Below are positions 54,601-64,000 of a DNA stretch of 64,000 nucleotides, piece after piece. The translations under genes were made by a program, and so were the position numbers. The stretch spans positions 40,610,001 to 40,674,000 of the forward strand of contig NC_047025.1 of NCBI RefSeq assembly GCF_902652985.1. Reading direction: 5' to 3'. How positions within the stretch are numbered: the stretch's first letter is position 1; every line of letters begins with the position of its first letter. The notes under the pieces were generated by a model, which saw only the letters and a list, made by a program, of their open reading frames with translations, did no database searches and was not told where the DNA came from. This stretch comes from Pecten maximus. Its lineage: Eukaryota.

Positions 54601-57600
54601 CAGCAAATAGAACTGAAGAGTTCGGCCCTGCTGGAAAAAGCGAAGAATACGCCCAAGTCGTTTGTGAGGAAGCCATTCATTGGTGTATTTAAGGTAAAGA
54701 TGACTTGATTTTATACATCTGTATTCTTATTGGATAGTTATATAAACAAATACCTTATACTTCGACTTTTGGATGTCAAAGTCTGTAATAGCTCATAACA
54801 GTAAGGAAGAATTACATTAAGTTAAATGAAAACAACTGTCATTTGAGTCCATGTTATTTGTTACCACACAGATCCGTAAGTTTGACTGTTTAGATGTGAG
54901 TTTTTGAGTCTTTATTTTGTTACCACACAGATCCGTAAGTTTGACTGTGTAGTTGTTAGTGTACATCTGAAAGCCACTGGACTTAACAACCAGGATATGC
55001 CACAGCTCCAGAAGGAAATAGATCAGGTGCCACATGTGGTGGAGGCAATAGAGGACCACTACCCAGGTATACACCACACATTACACTCACAATGCTGTCA
55101 CTTCAATCTTAATTTGAGTTTTTTTTTTAATTTCTTTGCTTTCCAGTTAAGTTTGACGATAATATTATCCTATGCAGTATGTGTCAGGCATGAACTTTTA
55201 TAAGTCCAGAGATCTCCTACAATTTCTGACTTATTTGTTTGTAACTTGGTATAGATTATGATATATAGTTGTGTTTCCCTGAAATAAAAAAAAATGCCAA
55301 AAAATACCACTGAGGAAATAATCAAATCACCATGAATTTATATAATATCCTTTTAATTTAATCACCATAAATTTATATAATATCATTTTAATTTAATCAC
55401 CATAAATTTGTATAATATCATTTTAAATAATAATTTCTTTCCTCAGGAGAGAAGGATATCATCATGTTGGGAGACTTCAACCTCGCCCCAGACAAGGAGG
55501 GTAAGACCTGTTTTACTAGATATGGAACAGTAGAAATGATTTCTATTGGCTTATATCACATAACAATGGTGTGATTTACTGTATATTAGATTTACCACCT
55601 TTATCTATAAAATCTGTGTTGACAAGTGCTGAACTTACAGTTTCCTTAATGATAATTCATATGTATATGTGCCACCTTGTATTCTGTGTTGTTAACATAA
55701 AATTAATGTTTAAACATTGTGACTATATCAATTATTTGTCTCTCGATTCCCCAGACTTCAACTGTTTGCGTGACAGAAACTACTCCAACTGTATCCCTCA
55801 TGGTCACTTCACCAACATCAGCAATAACAACCTGAAGGGCTCGCGGACATATGACCATATCTGGATCTCAGAACAGTCCAAGGAAATATTCACAGGTAAA
55901 CGGAAACATCTATACCCAACTGGTGTAATCTTAAGCTATAAGGAGATAGAAAATGTTAAAACTATCAAAACTGTATTATTATATCTCAGAATCTCTGTCA
56001 TCAACTGAATACGTAATTAAAGTGACATCATATTGGTCTAGTTTCCTAATGTCAGCCATTAAATATAACCATTGTGGTAAGTAGAAGGGAAAGTAAATGA
56101 AGTACAGTCTACCCTCGTTATATCGCCACATTTCATCCGTGTCAATTATGGCGGTATAACGAGGGTGGCGTTAGTATTGAATCATGAAAATTACAACAGT
56201 AAAAGATAATGTTGTACAAACGTTTTATTAAATACACAATGAGTTAACATATAAGACACCATGGTATTGACCGTATATTTCGTACCCTTCTGGCCATGAT
56301 CACGAAGAACACGCTTTCGTCTCGGAGTTTCCATCTCGACTGACGAAGCCAATTAATTAATACCATAAATAAGAACACTTATTGAGCAGATACCAGTCAT
56401 GCTTTATTACAAATCAAACCATACCTGTGTGTAGATGTCACATATATAAACATCGATACATATATCTACCTGACTGATAGAAACTCATTCAAGCGTATAA
56501 CTAAGTTACCTGTGAAAAAGGAAATACCCTGATTCTATAAATAGAACACTAAAGAGTTCCTCGATCGCAGAAAAAACAGACCAAGATGGCGATATCGCCG
56601 AGGGTAATATATAGGGATTCGGGACGTTTGTATTGTTATGAACGTGGCGGATGGTGGTATGCGAGGGTGGTGAACTTAACGAGGGAATTATATAGAAGGG
56701 AAATCCGTTCTAGGGGTGTAGTGGGCGGTATGCGAGGGTGGCGGTAGATTCGGGTGGCGATAGGTCGAGGGTACACTGTACATGTAGTATATGTTTTTGG
56801 TAAAATTTATCAGCAAAATTTATAAATCCTTTGATACAAATATGAAGTGAGTTTCGGTGATCTGCCAAAGTACCTTTAAAGTATTAAACACAAAGTTAAT
56901 TCTCCAAACTTATTAACATTGAAACGTTAGAGGACAGTAAAGCTCCCGACCACTTCTCTGGTCTCTACACGTAATGGTGTACCTACACGTAATGGTGTAC
57001 CTACATGTAATGGTGTACCTACATGTAATGGTGTACCTACAAAATAATAACCAATTCTCTAATCTCTACACATAATGGTGTACCTACACGTAATGGTGTA
57101 CCTACAAAATAATAACCACTTCTCTAATCTCTACACGTAATGGTGTACCTACACGTAATGGTGTACCTACAAAATAATAACCAATTCTCTAATCTCTACA
57201 CATAATGGTGTACCTACACGTAATGGTGTACCTACAAAATAATAACCACTTCTCTAATCTCTACACGTAATGGTGTACCTACACGTAATGGTGTACCTAC
57301 AAAATAATAACCACTTCTCTAATCTCTACACGTAATGGTGTACCTACAAAATAATAACCACTTCTCTAATCTCTACACGTAATGGTGTACCTACAAAATA
57401 ATAACCACTTCTCTAATCTCTACACGTAATGGTGTACCTACACGTAATGGTGTACCTACATGTAATGGTGTACCTACAAAATAATAACCACTTCTCTGGT
57501 CTCTACACGTAATGGTGTACCTACATGTAATGGTGTACCTACATGTAATGGTGTACCTACATGTAATGGTGTACCTACATGTAATGGTGTACCTACATGT

Positions 57601-60496
57601 AATGGTGTACCTACAAAATAATAACCACTTCTCTAATCTCTACACGTAATGGTGTACCTACACGTAATGGTGTACCTACAAAATAATAACCACTTCTCTA
57701 ATCTCTACACGTAATGGTGTACCTACAAAATAATAACCAATTCTCTGGTCTCTACACGTAATGGTGTACCTACACATAATGGTGTACCTACATGTAATGG
57801 TGTACCTACACATAATGGTGTACCTACATGTAATGGTGTACCTACAAAATAATAACCACTTCTCTAATCTCTACACGTAATGGTGTACCTACATGTAATG
57901 GTGTACCTACACATAATGGTGTACCTACACGTAATGGTGTACCTACAAAATAATAACCACTTCTCTGGTCTCTACACGTAATGGTGTACCTACATGTAAT
58001 GGTGTACCTACACATAATGGTGTACCTACACGTAATGGTGTACCTACAAAATAATAACCACTTCTCTAATCTCTACACGTAATGGTGTACCTACAAAATA
58101 ATAACCACTTCTCTAATCTCTACACGTAATGGTGTACCTACAAAATAATAACCACTTCTCTAATCTCTACACGTAATGGTGTACCTACATGTAATGGTGT
58201 ACCTACACATAATGGTGTACCTACACGTAATGGTGTACCTACACGTAATGGTGTACCTACAAAATAATAACCACTTCTCTAATCTCTACACATAATGGTG
58301 TACCTACATGTAATGGTGTACCTACACATAATGGTGTACCTACATGTAATGGTGTACCTACAAAATAATAACCACTTCTCTAATCTCTACACGTAATGGT
58401 GTACCTACAAAATAATAACCACTTCTCTAATCTCTACACGTAATGGTGTACCTACATGTAATGGTGTACCTACACATAATGGTGTACCTACACGTAATGG
58501 TGTACCTACAAAATAATAACCACTTCTCTAATCTCTACACATAATGGTGTACCTACATGTAATGGTGTACCTACAAAATAATAACCACTTCTCTAATCTC
58601 TACACGTAATGATGTACCTACATGTAATGGTGTACCTACATGTAATGGTGTACCTACATGTAATGGTGTACCTACAAAATGATAACCCCTCCCCAAACTC
58701 TACACATAATGGTGTACCTACACGTAATGGTGTACCTACAAAATAATAACCACTTCTCTAATCTCTACACGTAATGGTGTACCTACACATAATGGTGTAC
58801 CTACAAAATAATAACCACTTCTCTAATCTCTACACATAATGGTGTACCTACAAAATAATAACCACTTCTCTAATCTCTACATGCAATGGTGTACCTACAA
58901 AATAATAACCACTTCTCTAATCTCTACACGTAATGGTGTACCTACACGTAATGGTGTACCTACAAAATAATAACCACTTCTCTAATCTCTACACGTAATG
59001 GTGTACCTACAAAATAATAACCACTTCTCTAATCTCTACACATAATGGTGTACCTACATGTAATGGTGTACCTACACGTAATGGTGTACCTACACATAAT
59101 GGTGTACCTACATGTAATGGTGTACCTACAAAATAATAACCAATTCTCTTATCTTTACACGTAATGGTGTACCTACACGTAATGGTGTACCTACAAAATA
59201 ATAACCACTTCTCTAATCTCTACACGTAATGGTGTACCTACACGTAATGGTGTACCTACAAAATAATAACCACTTCTCTGGTCTCTACATGTAATGGTGT
59301 ACCTACATGTAATGGTGTACCTACATGTAATGGTGTACCTACATGTAATGGTGTACCTACACATAATGGTGTACCTACAAAATAATAACCACTTCTCTTA
59401 TCTCTACACATAATGCTGTACCTACACGTAATGGTGTACCTACAAAATAATAACCACTTCTCTAATCTCTACACGTAATGGTGTACCTACAAAATAATAA
59501 CCACTTCTCTAATCTCTACATGTAATGGTGTACCTACAAAATAATAACCACTTCTCTAATCTCTACATGTAATGGTGTACCTACAAAATAATAACCACTT
59601 CTCTAATCTCTACACATAATGGTGTACCTACACGTAATGGTGTACCTACAAAATAATAACCACTTCTCTTATCTCTACACGTAATGGTTTACCTACAAAA
59701 TAATAACCACTTCTCTAATCTCTACACGTAATGGTGTACCTACAAAATAATAACCAATTCTCTGGTCTCTACACGTAATGGTGTACCTACACGTAATGGT
59801 GTACCTACACATAATGGTGTACCTACATGTAATGGTGTACCTACAAAATAATAACCACTTCTCTGGTCTCTACACATAATGGTGTACCTACACATAATGG
59901 TGTACCTACAAAATAATAACCACTTCTCTTATCTCTACACATAATGGTGTACCTACATGTAATGGTGTACCTACACATAATGGTGTACCTACATGTAATG
60001 GTGTACCTACAAAATAATAACCACTTCTCTGGTCTCTACACGTAATGGTGTACCTACAAAATAATAACCACTTCTCTAATCTCTACACGTAATGGTGTAC
60101 CTACAAAATAATAACCACTTCTCTAATCTCTACATGTAATGGTGTACCTACAAAATAATAACCACTTCTCTAATCTCTACACGTAATGGTGTACCTACAC
60201 GTAATGGTGTACCTACAAAATAATAACCACTTCTCTAATCTCTACACAGGATGGTATATTGATGCCATCTTCTGTATAAAGATGACTGTTAAATGTTTTC
60301 TCTTGTGTATACAGGGTACTCAGCTGTGGTCAGAGAAGGTCTCAGCAGCCCCTGGATCCCAAACGGCTGGTCCTGGGGAGGACTCATAAGTGACCACTGT
60401 CCAGTCTGGGCCGAATTTTACTCCAACAAGGACTTAGACACAGCGGATCTAAGCCTCAGTGCAGAAACCATCAAGTTTGCTGTTGGAGCTGACTAA
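26649..60496 (+). CDS. EEPD1: Endonuclease/exonuclease/phosphatase family domain-containing protein 1, 594 aa; join(26649..27631,35514..35565,46644..46751,54565..54693,54931..55066,55447..55500,55755..55895,60315..60496)
   Basis: Spliced CDS of 1785 nt is open. N-terminal MG..CC acylation motif, two ComEA-like HhH domains, and EEP motifs LASWN, FQEL, VHLK, GDFN, YDHIW, SDHCPV. The EEPD1-typical VVREGL..PWIP..WSWGG segment is present. Confidence 0.94.
28185..28530. repeat. ~65-70-bp tandem repeat x5
   Basis: agaacaggtaaaatctccagtcattatatagacaggtatata recurs. Confidence 0.9.
28785..28880 (+). mobile_element. HINE/Helentron-like 5'-end fragment
   Basis: ttagctcacctg ... agtgagctt subterminal inverted pair followed by gcatccatcatc. 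Confidence 0.4.
28908..29540. repeat. ~43-46-bp minisatellite, ~14 copies
   Basis: taccaaaccatacatagaaaatatcc(a/g)ga recurs. Confidence 0.92.
29845..31385. repeat. 39-bp minisatellite, ~39 copies
   Basis: unit gactatcgtgactttggtgaccaggctgtataggaatta. Confidence 0.97.
32212..32899. repeat. 46-bp minisatellite, ~15 copies
   Basis: unit gtagtttattatcagatacagagatagatcccaggatttgtaattt. Confidence 0.97.
33283..35048. repeat. 32-bp minisatellite, ~55 copies
   Basis: unit tagattgtacaccacacctgtactgtggtcat. Confidence 0.97.
35514..35565 (+). CDS. EEPD1: EEPD1 exon: GLSLVAFQELADEEALTK
   Basis: tcttcag acceptor, aag|gtgagt donor, metal-binding QE motif. Confidence 0.9.
36440..39472. repeat. 31-35-bp minisatellite, ~90 copies
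   Basis: gatgacacggctatctgtatatatgt followed by a G-run or ggccgagg. Confidence 0.97.
39980..40410. repeat. Purine-rich (GA) low-complexity tract
   Basis: ~430 bp almost entirely G/A on the + strand. Confidence 0.9.
41100..42345. repeat. 39/42-bp minisatellite, ~31 copies
   Basis: unit cctaaacccagccttgtggttccgtcagacaaactcgca. Confidence 0.96.
43098..43396. repeat. 99-bp tandem repeat x3
   Basis: tgtcatgtggtgactgtgtt recurs at 43100, 43199, 43298. Confidence 0.96.
44130..46592. repeat. 24-bp C-rich minisatellite containing CCCTAA, with a highly degenerate T-less interior
   Basis: Clean unit ccacctccaaccctaacctctcca at both ends; interior reads ccaccgccaacacgaaccgcgcca-like. Confidence 0.88.
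46644..46751 (+). CDS. EEPD1: EEPD1 exon: ICKELNNPSIPGVKKFQGHRGVWKCVVSKAAGRMYQ
   Basis: aatttcag acceptor, cag|gtaagt donor, similarity to the vertebrate ELNQP..W.GPRG.WK segment. Confidence 0.9.
47150..49223. repeat. 54-bp minisatellite, ~38 copies
   Basis: unit gtagttctgtcatctcatggtgacaataaaacacttacatttctacatacacat. Confidence 0.97.
49931..50092. repeat. ~160-bp imperfect palindrome/hairpin, probably the end of a non-autonomous DNA element (CpG-rich ~49230-50095)
   Basis: aggtcacacgacttgtgatttttggatatggaattta... pairs with ...taaattccatatccaacaaccacttgttgtgtaacct; central gacac-tcgctaaagctc-gtgtc. Confidence 0.7.
50487..50972. repeat. ~25-28-bp G-rich minisatellite and poly-G
   Basis: unit ggggagggggttaatatggtatgtt; poly-G at 50952-50972. 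Confidence 0.93.
51462..53578. repeat. 37-bp minisatellite, ~57 copies
   Basis: unit gtcacggtacacttagtcacagaccgggacaccttat. Confidence 0.97.
54030..54420. repeat. 24-bp minisatellite, ~16 copies
   Basis: unit gttactgtagtaacacagccacca. Confidence 0.95.
54565..54693 (+). CDS. EEPD1: EEPD1 exon: ALEYNGFLYDTSQQIELKSSALLEKAKNTPKSFVRKPFIGVFK
   Basis: ttggtgcag acceptor, aag|gtaaag donor, DNase I-like EY.FLY and F.R.PF motifs. Confidence 0.9.
54931..55066 (+). CDS. EEPD1: EEPD1 exon: IRKFDCVVVSVHLKATGLNNQDMPQLQKEIDQVPHVVEAIEDHYP
   Basis: ccacacag acceptor, cag|gtatac donor, VHLK motif. Confidence 0.88.
55447..55500 (+). CDS. EEPD1: EEPD1 exon: GEKDIIMLGDFNLAPDKE
   Basis: ttcctcag acceptor, agg|gtaaga donor, GDFN motif. 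Confidence 0.92.
55755..55895 (+). CDS. EEPD1: EEPD1 exon: DFNCLRDRNYSNCIPHGHFTNISNNNLKGSRTYDHIWISEQSKEIFT
   Basis: ttccccag acceptor, cag|gtaaac donor, FTNIS and YDHIW motifs. Confidence 0.92.
56105..56778. mobile_element. 674-bp Tc1/mariner (pogo/Tigger-type) MITE in an EEPD1 intron
   Basis: TA|cagtctaccctcgttatatcgccac ... gtggcgataggtcgagggtacactg|TA: 25-bp TIRs (21/25), TA target duplication, subterminal cgagggtgg repeats, CpG-rich. Confidence 0.85.
56948..60247. repeat. Composite satellite of 18-bp and 29-bp modules
   Basis: A=ctacacgtaatggtgtac, B=ctacaaaataataaccacttctctaatct, arranged (A1-5 B)n. Confidence 0.96.
60315..60496 (+). CDS. EEPD1: EEPD1 terminal exon: GYSAVVREGLSSPWIPNGWSWGGLISDHCPVWAEFYSNKDLDTADLSLSAETIKFAVGAD*
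   Basis: tatacag acceptor, SDHCPV motif, TAA stop. Confidence 0.93.
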
Positions 60497-61626
60497 AATC
60501 TGTGTGATATCACTGGATCTAACAAGTGATCAAGTCAAACACTAATAGTCGATATATTTTAGGATACAACCTAGCGGACAGTGATAGGACATACATGACC
60601 CTGTGTTTTCTAGACACAAACAAACCACAGGCCATACAGGACCCTGTGTTGTCTAGACACAAACAAACCACATGTCAATAATCCTGTTATTGGTGTGAAA
60701 CGCAAAATATGATTGATATATAGTGTCTCATTCTAGGAAATGGAGGAATGTGGCAGCTAGCGTATTGGACAGGAAATGTTATATGAGTATCCATAACTAC
60801 AGACTTTTATTTATTACTCAGAGATATATGGAATATACTAGTTATGGGCTGTTGTCCTGGTTGTCTGCCCATACATAGGTCATGTCTGGATGGTAGAAAT
60901 ATAGTGCTAACCTTCACTAATATTGAGATTATAAATACTTCACTTTGATTATAGAGTGTCTATTGAATGTTAAGTTAAAACTCTCGTTGCAGGACAATTT
61001 CAAACTTAAATTACAAAGATAAATGTTAGAGTGTTGTATTGTAATGAATGAAAGTGTTTAGTAATGCTCTTGGTGCCTGCTATGTCAGTACCTGTGCATA
61101 CTTGCCAACTTCCAGGAAATTTCCAGTGGGGGCGGGGGTTTGCTCATGTTCAAATTATCAAAGTACTCTTATAGACCTCCTTTTGACGAACCAATACCCC
61201 AAAACTACATTTATTAAGCTGCCTCTTCTCTTGGAATAACTCAATTTTTTATAACAGAAGTTTTACTGGTAGTTTAGGTCTAACTAGATTTAGAGAAAAA
61301 GTTGTGAGTGTCCCTCCTGATGGAGATGGGTTGGTAGTAGTAGAGATAAACCTGACCATAAGTTTATGATGAGAATTCTTGCCATTTATTTGCTTTCTGA
61401 TGCTTTATAAACCTGGTATCTTGCCTAATGTACAGGTAGATATTATAGATTATCTGTGTTAAAGTCAGTCGGGGGATATTGTTTATGCCAACATATATAT
61501 ACAGTGTAGTCATGTAAATACTGATGGTAATTGTTGATGTAGGGGAATTGCAATTTGCTTTAAAGGCTGTATTTTACAAATTAAACGAGAAATTTCAGTT
61601 TTCCATTACAAAGTGCCAGACCATGC

Positions 61627-62195
61627 TGTTTGGTGATGAATGGCAAGCCTTCAGAACAAGGGGAGGTAACTCATGTTTGGTGATGAATGGCAAGCCTTCA
61701 GAACAAGGGGAGGTAACTCATGTTTGGTGATGAATGGCAAGCCTTCAGAACAAGGGGCAGTAACTCATGTTTGGTGATGAATGGCAAGCCTTCAGAACAA
61801 GGGGAGGACACTCATGTTTGGTGATGAATGGCAAGCCTTCAGAACAAGGGGAAGTAACTCATGTTTGGTGATGAATGGCAAGCCTTCAGAACAAGGGGAG
61901 GACACTCATGTTTGGTGATGAATGGCAAGCCTTCAGAACAAGGGGAGGTAACTCATGTTTGGTGATGAATGGCAAGCCTTCAGAACAAGGGGAGTAAACT
62001 CATGTTTGGTGATGAATGGCAAGCCTTCAGAACAAGGGGAGGAAACTCATGTTTGGTGATGAATGGCAAGCCTTCAGAACAAGGGGAGGACACTCATGTT
62101 TGGTGATGAATGGCAAGCCTTCAGAACAAGGGGAGGTAACTCATGTTTGGTGATGAATGGCAAGCCTTCAGAACAAGGGGAGGAAACTCATGTTT
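61627..62195. repeat. 47-bp minisatellite, ~12 copies, downstream of the EEPD1 stop
   Basis: unit catgtttggtgatgaatggcaagccttcagaacaaggggaggtaact. Confidence 0.96.
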
Positions 62196-62578
62196 AGACT
62201 GATTTGCTAACATGTATACAGCGAACACTTTGATATTATTTGTTCACTTTTTCAGAAGAAATTATTGTCTTCTTTTAAATATTTTGTCATTCTTCATGCA
62301 TGTATGTATACATTTTTAATGCTTTGTTACCAAATATTAATGACCCCATATTTCATCAATTGACCTTTAACCTCCACATAAAATATAACTTACACATGAA
62401 ATTTGAGTTGATAAGTGATACTTTTTTGAAAGCTCAAATATGATGAATTTCATAGACAATTTATCTAATTTATAAATACAATGAACACATCTATTATCGA
62501 TTGTGTCGAAGTATCAGATCAGTTACATACAATACATTAGGTACATATTATTATATGTAACTACATTGTACCCCAACA

Positions 62579-63480
62579 TAACACCTTTACTAGATATCTA
62601 TTGGTGATAATCCAGTGTGATTCTAACACCTTTACTAGATATCTATTGGTGATAATCCAGTGTGATTCTAACACCTTTACTAGATATCTATTGGTGATAA
62701 TCCAGTGTGATTCTAACACCTTTACTAGATATTGGTGATAATCCAGTGTGATTCTAACACCTTTACTAGATATCTATTGGTGATAATCCAGTGTGATTCT
62801 AACACCTTTACTAGATATCTATTGGTGATAATCCAGTGTGATTCTAACACCTTTACTAGATATTGGTGATAATCCAGTGTGATTCTAACACCTTTACTAG
62901 ATATCTATTGGTGATAATCCAGTGTGATTCTAACACCTTTACTAGATATCTATTGGTGATAATCCAGTGTGATTCTTACACCTTTACTAGATATCTATTG
63001 GTGATAATCCAGTGTGATTCTTACACCTTTACTAGATATCTATTGTAATAATCCAGTGTGATTCTAACACCTTTACTAGATATCTATTGGTGATAATCCA
63101 GTGTGATTCTAACACCTTTACTAGATATTGGTGATAATCCAGTGTGATTCTAACACCTTTACTAGATATCTATTGGTGATAATCCAGTGTGATTCTAACA
63201 CCTTTACTAGATATCTATTGTAATAATCCAGTGTGATTCTAACACCTTTACTAGATATATATTGGTGATAATCCAGTGTGATTCTAACACCTTTACTAGA
63301 TATCTGTTGGTGATAATCCAGTGTGATTCTAACACCTTTACTAGATATATATTGGTGATAATCCAGTGTGATTCTAACACCTTTACTAGATATATATTGG
63401 TGATAATCCAGTGTGATTCTAACACCTTTACTAGATATTGGTGATAATCCAGTGTGATTCTAACACCTTTACTAGATATC
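62579..63480. repeat. 45-bp minisatellite (41-bp variant), ~20 copies
   Basis: unit aacacctttactagatatctattggtgataatccagtgtgattct. Confidence 0.96.
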
Positions 63481-63589
63481 AGTCAGAAGTTCACACATAA
63501 ACAGAGTAAACTGGAGGCTATCAAAGGTAAAAGTATCATATATTATGACTAAGCCAGCTTGTGCACAATGTAGTCCCAGGGGTCCATGG

Positions 63590-63986
63590 ACAAGCTGGTG
63601 TATGGTTGACTTTATGGACCAGCTGATCTATGGTTGACTTTATGGACCAGCTGGTGTATGGTTGGTTTAATGGGCCAGCTGGTGTATGGTTGGTTTAATA
63701 GGCCAGCTGGTGTATGGTTGTTTTAATGGGCCAGCTGGTGTATGGTTGGTTTAATGGACAAGCACGTGTATGGTTGGTTTAATTGGCCAGCTGGTGTATG
63801 GTTGGTTTAATGGGCCAGCTGGTGGATGGTTGACTATGGACCAGCTGGTGTATGGTTGGTTTAATGGGCCAGCTGGTGTATGGTTGGTTTAATGGGCCAG
63901 CTGGTGTATGGTTGGTTTAATGGGCCAGCTGGTGTATGGTTGGTTTAATGGACCAGCTGGTGTATGGTTGGTTTAATGGGCCAGCT
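63590..63986. repeat. 28-bp minisatellite, ~14 copies
   Basis: unit ccagctggtgtatggttggtttaatggg. Confidence 0.94.
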
Positions 63987-64000
63987 TTAATGAAACAGAA

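Noticed and set aside
56948-60247. CRISPR-like repeat/spacer appearance (also considered for other 28-47 bp arrays)
   Set aside because: No unique spacers, no cas genes, eukaryotic intron context.
61095-61340. gcatacttgccaac possible MITE terminus
   Set aside because: The partner TIR is too degenerate to define an element.

Overview
AT-rich, intron-rich animal genomic DNA, most likely a bivalve mollusc (inferred from the repeat and TE styles). It is not prokaryotic, and most long ORFs in the supplied track are tandem-repeat artefacts. Two + strand spliced genes can be assembled by hand with GT-AG sites and consistent phases. (1) An RPRD1A/B (CREPT)-like RNA Pol II CTD-interacting protein: 7 coding exons at 1803-11159, first coding exon upstream of the window. 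(2) A complete EEPD1 orthologue: 8 coding exons at 26649-60496, 594 aa, with two HhH domains, an EEP nuclease-fold domain and a possible non-coding first exon ending at 18600. More than 30 different minisatellite arrays (18-99 bp units) fill the introns and flanks. Also present are two MITEs, a tRNA-derived CORE-type SINE, Helentron/HINE-like relics and a long hairpin. Main points of interest: EEPD1 retains canonical catalytic motifs (GDFN, DH, SDH); some repeats have captured or duplicated real splice sites; one minisatellite is built from a SINE Pol III head; and a 2-kb repeat interior has selectively lost T, probably an artefact. I found no convincing wholly new protein system.
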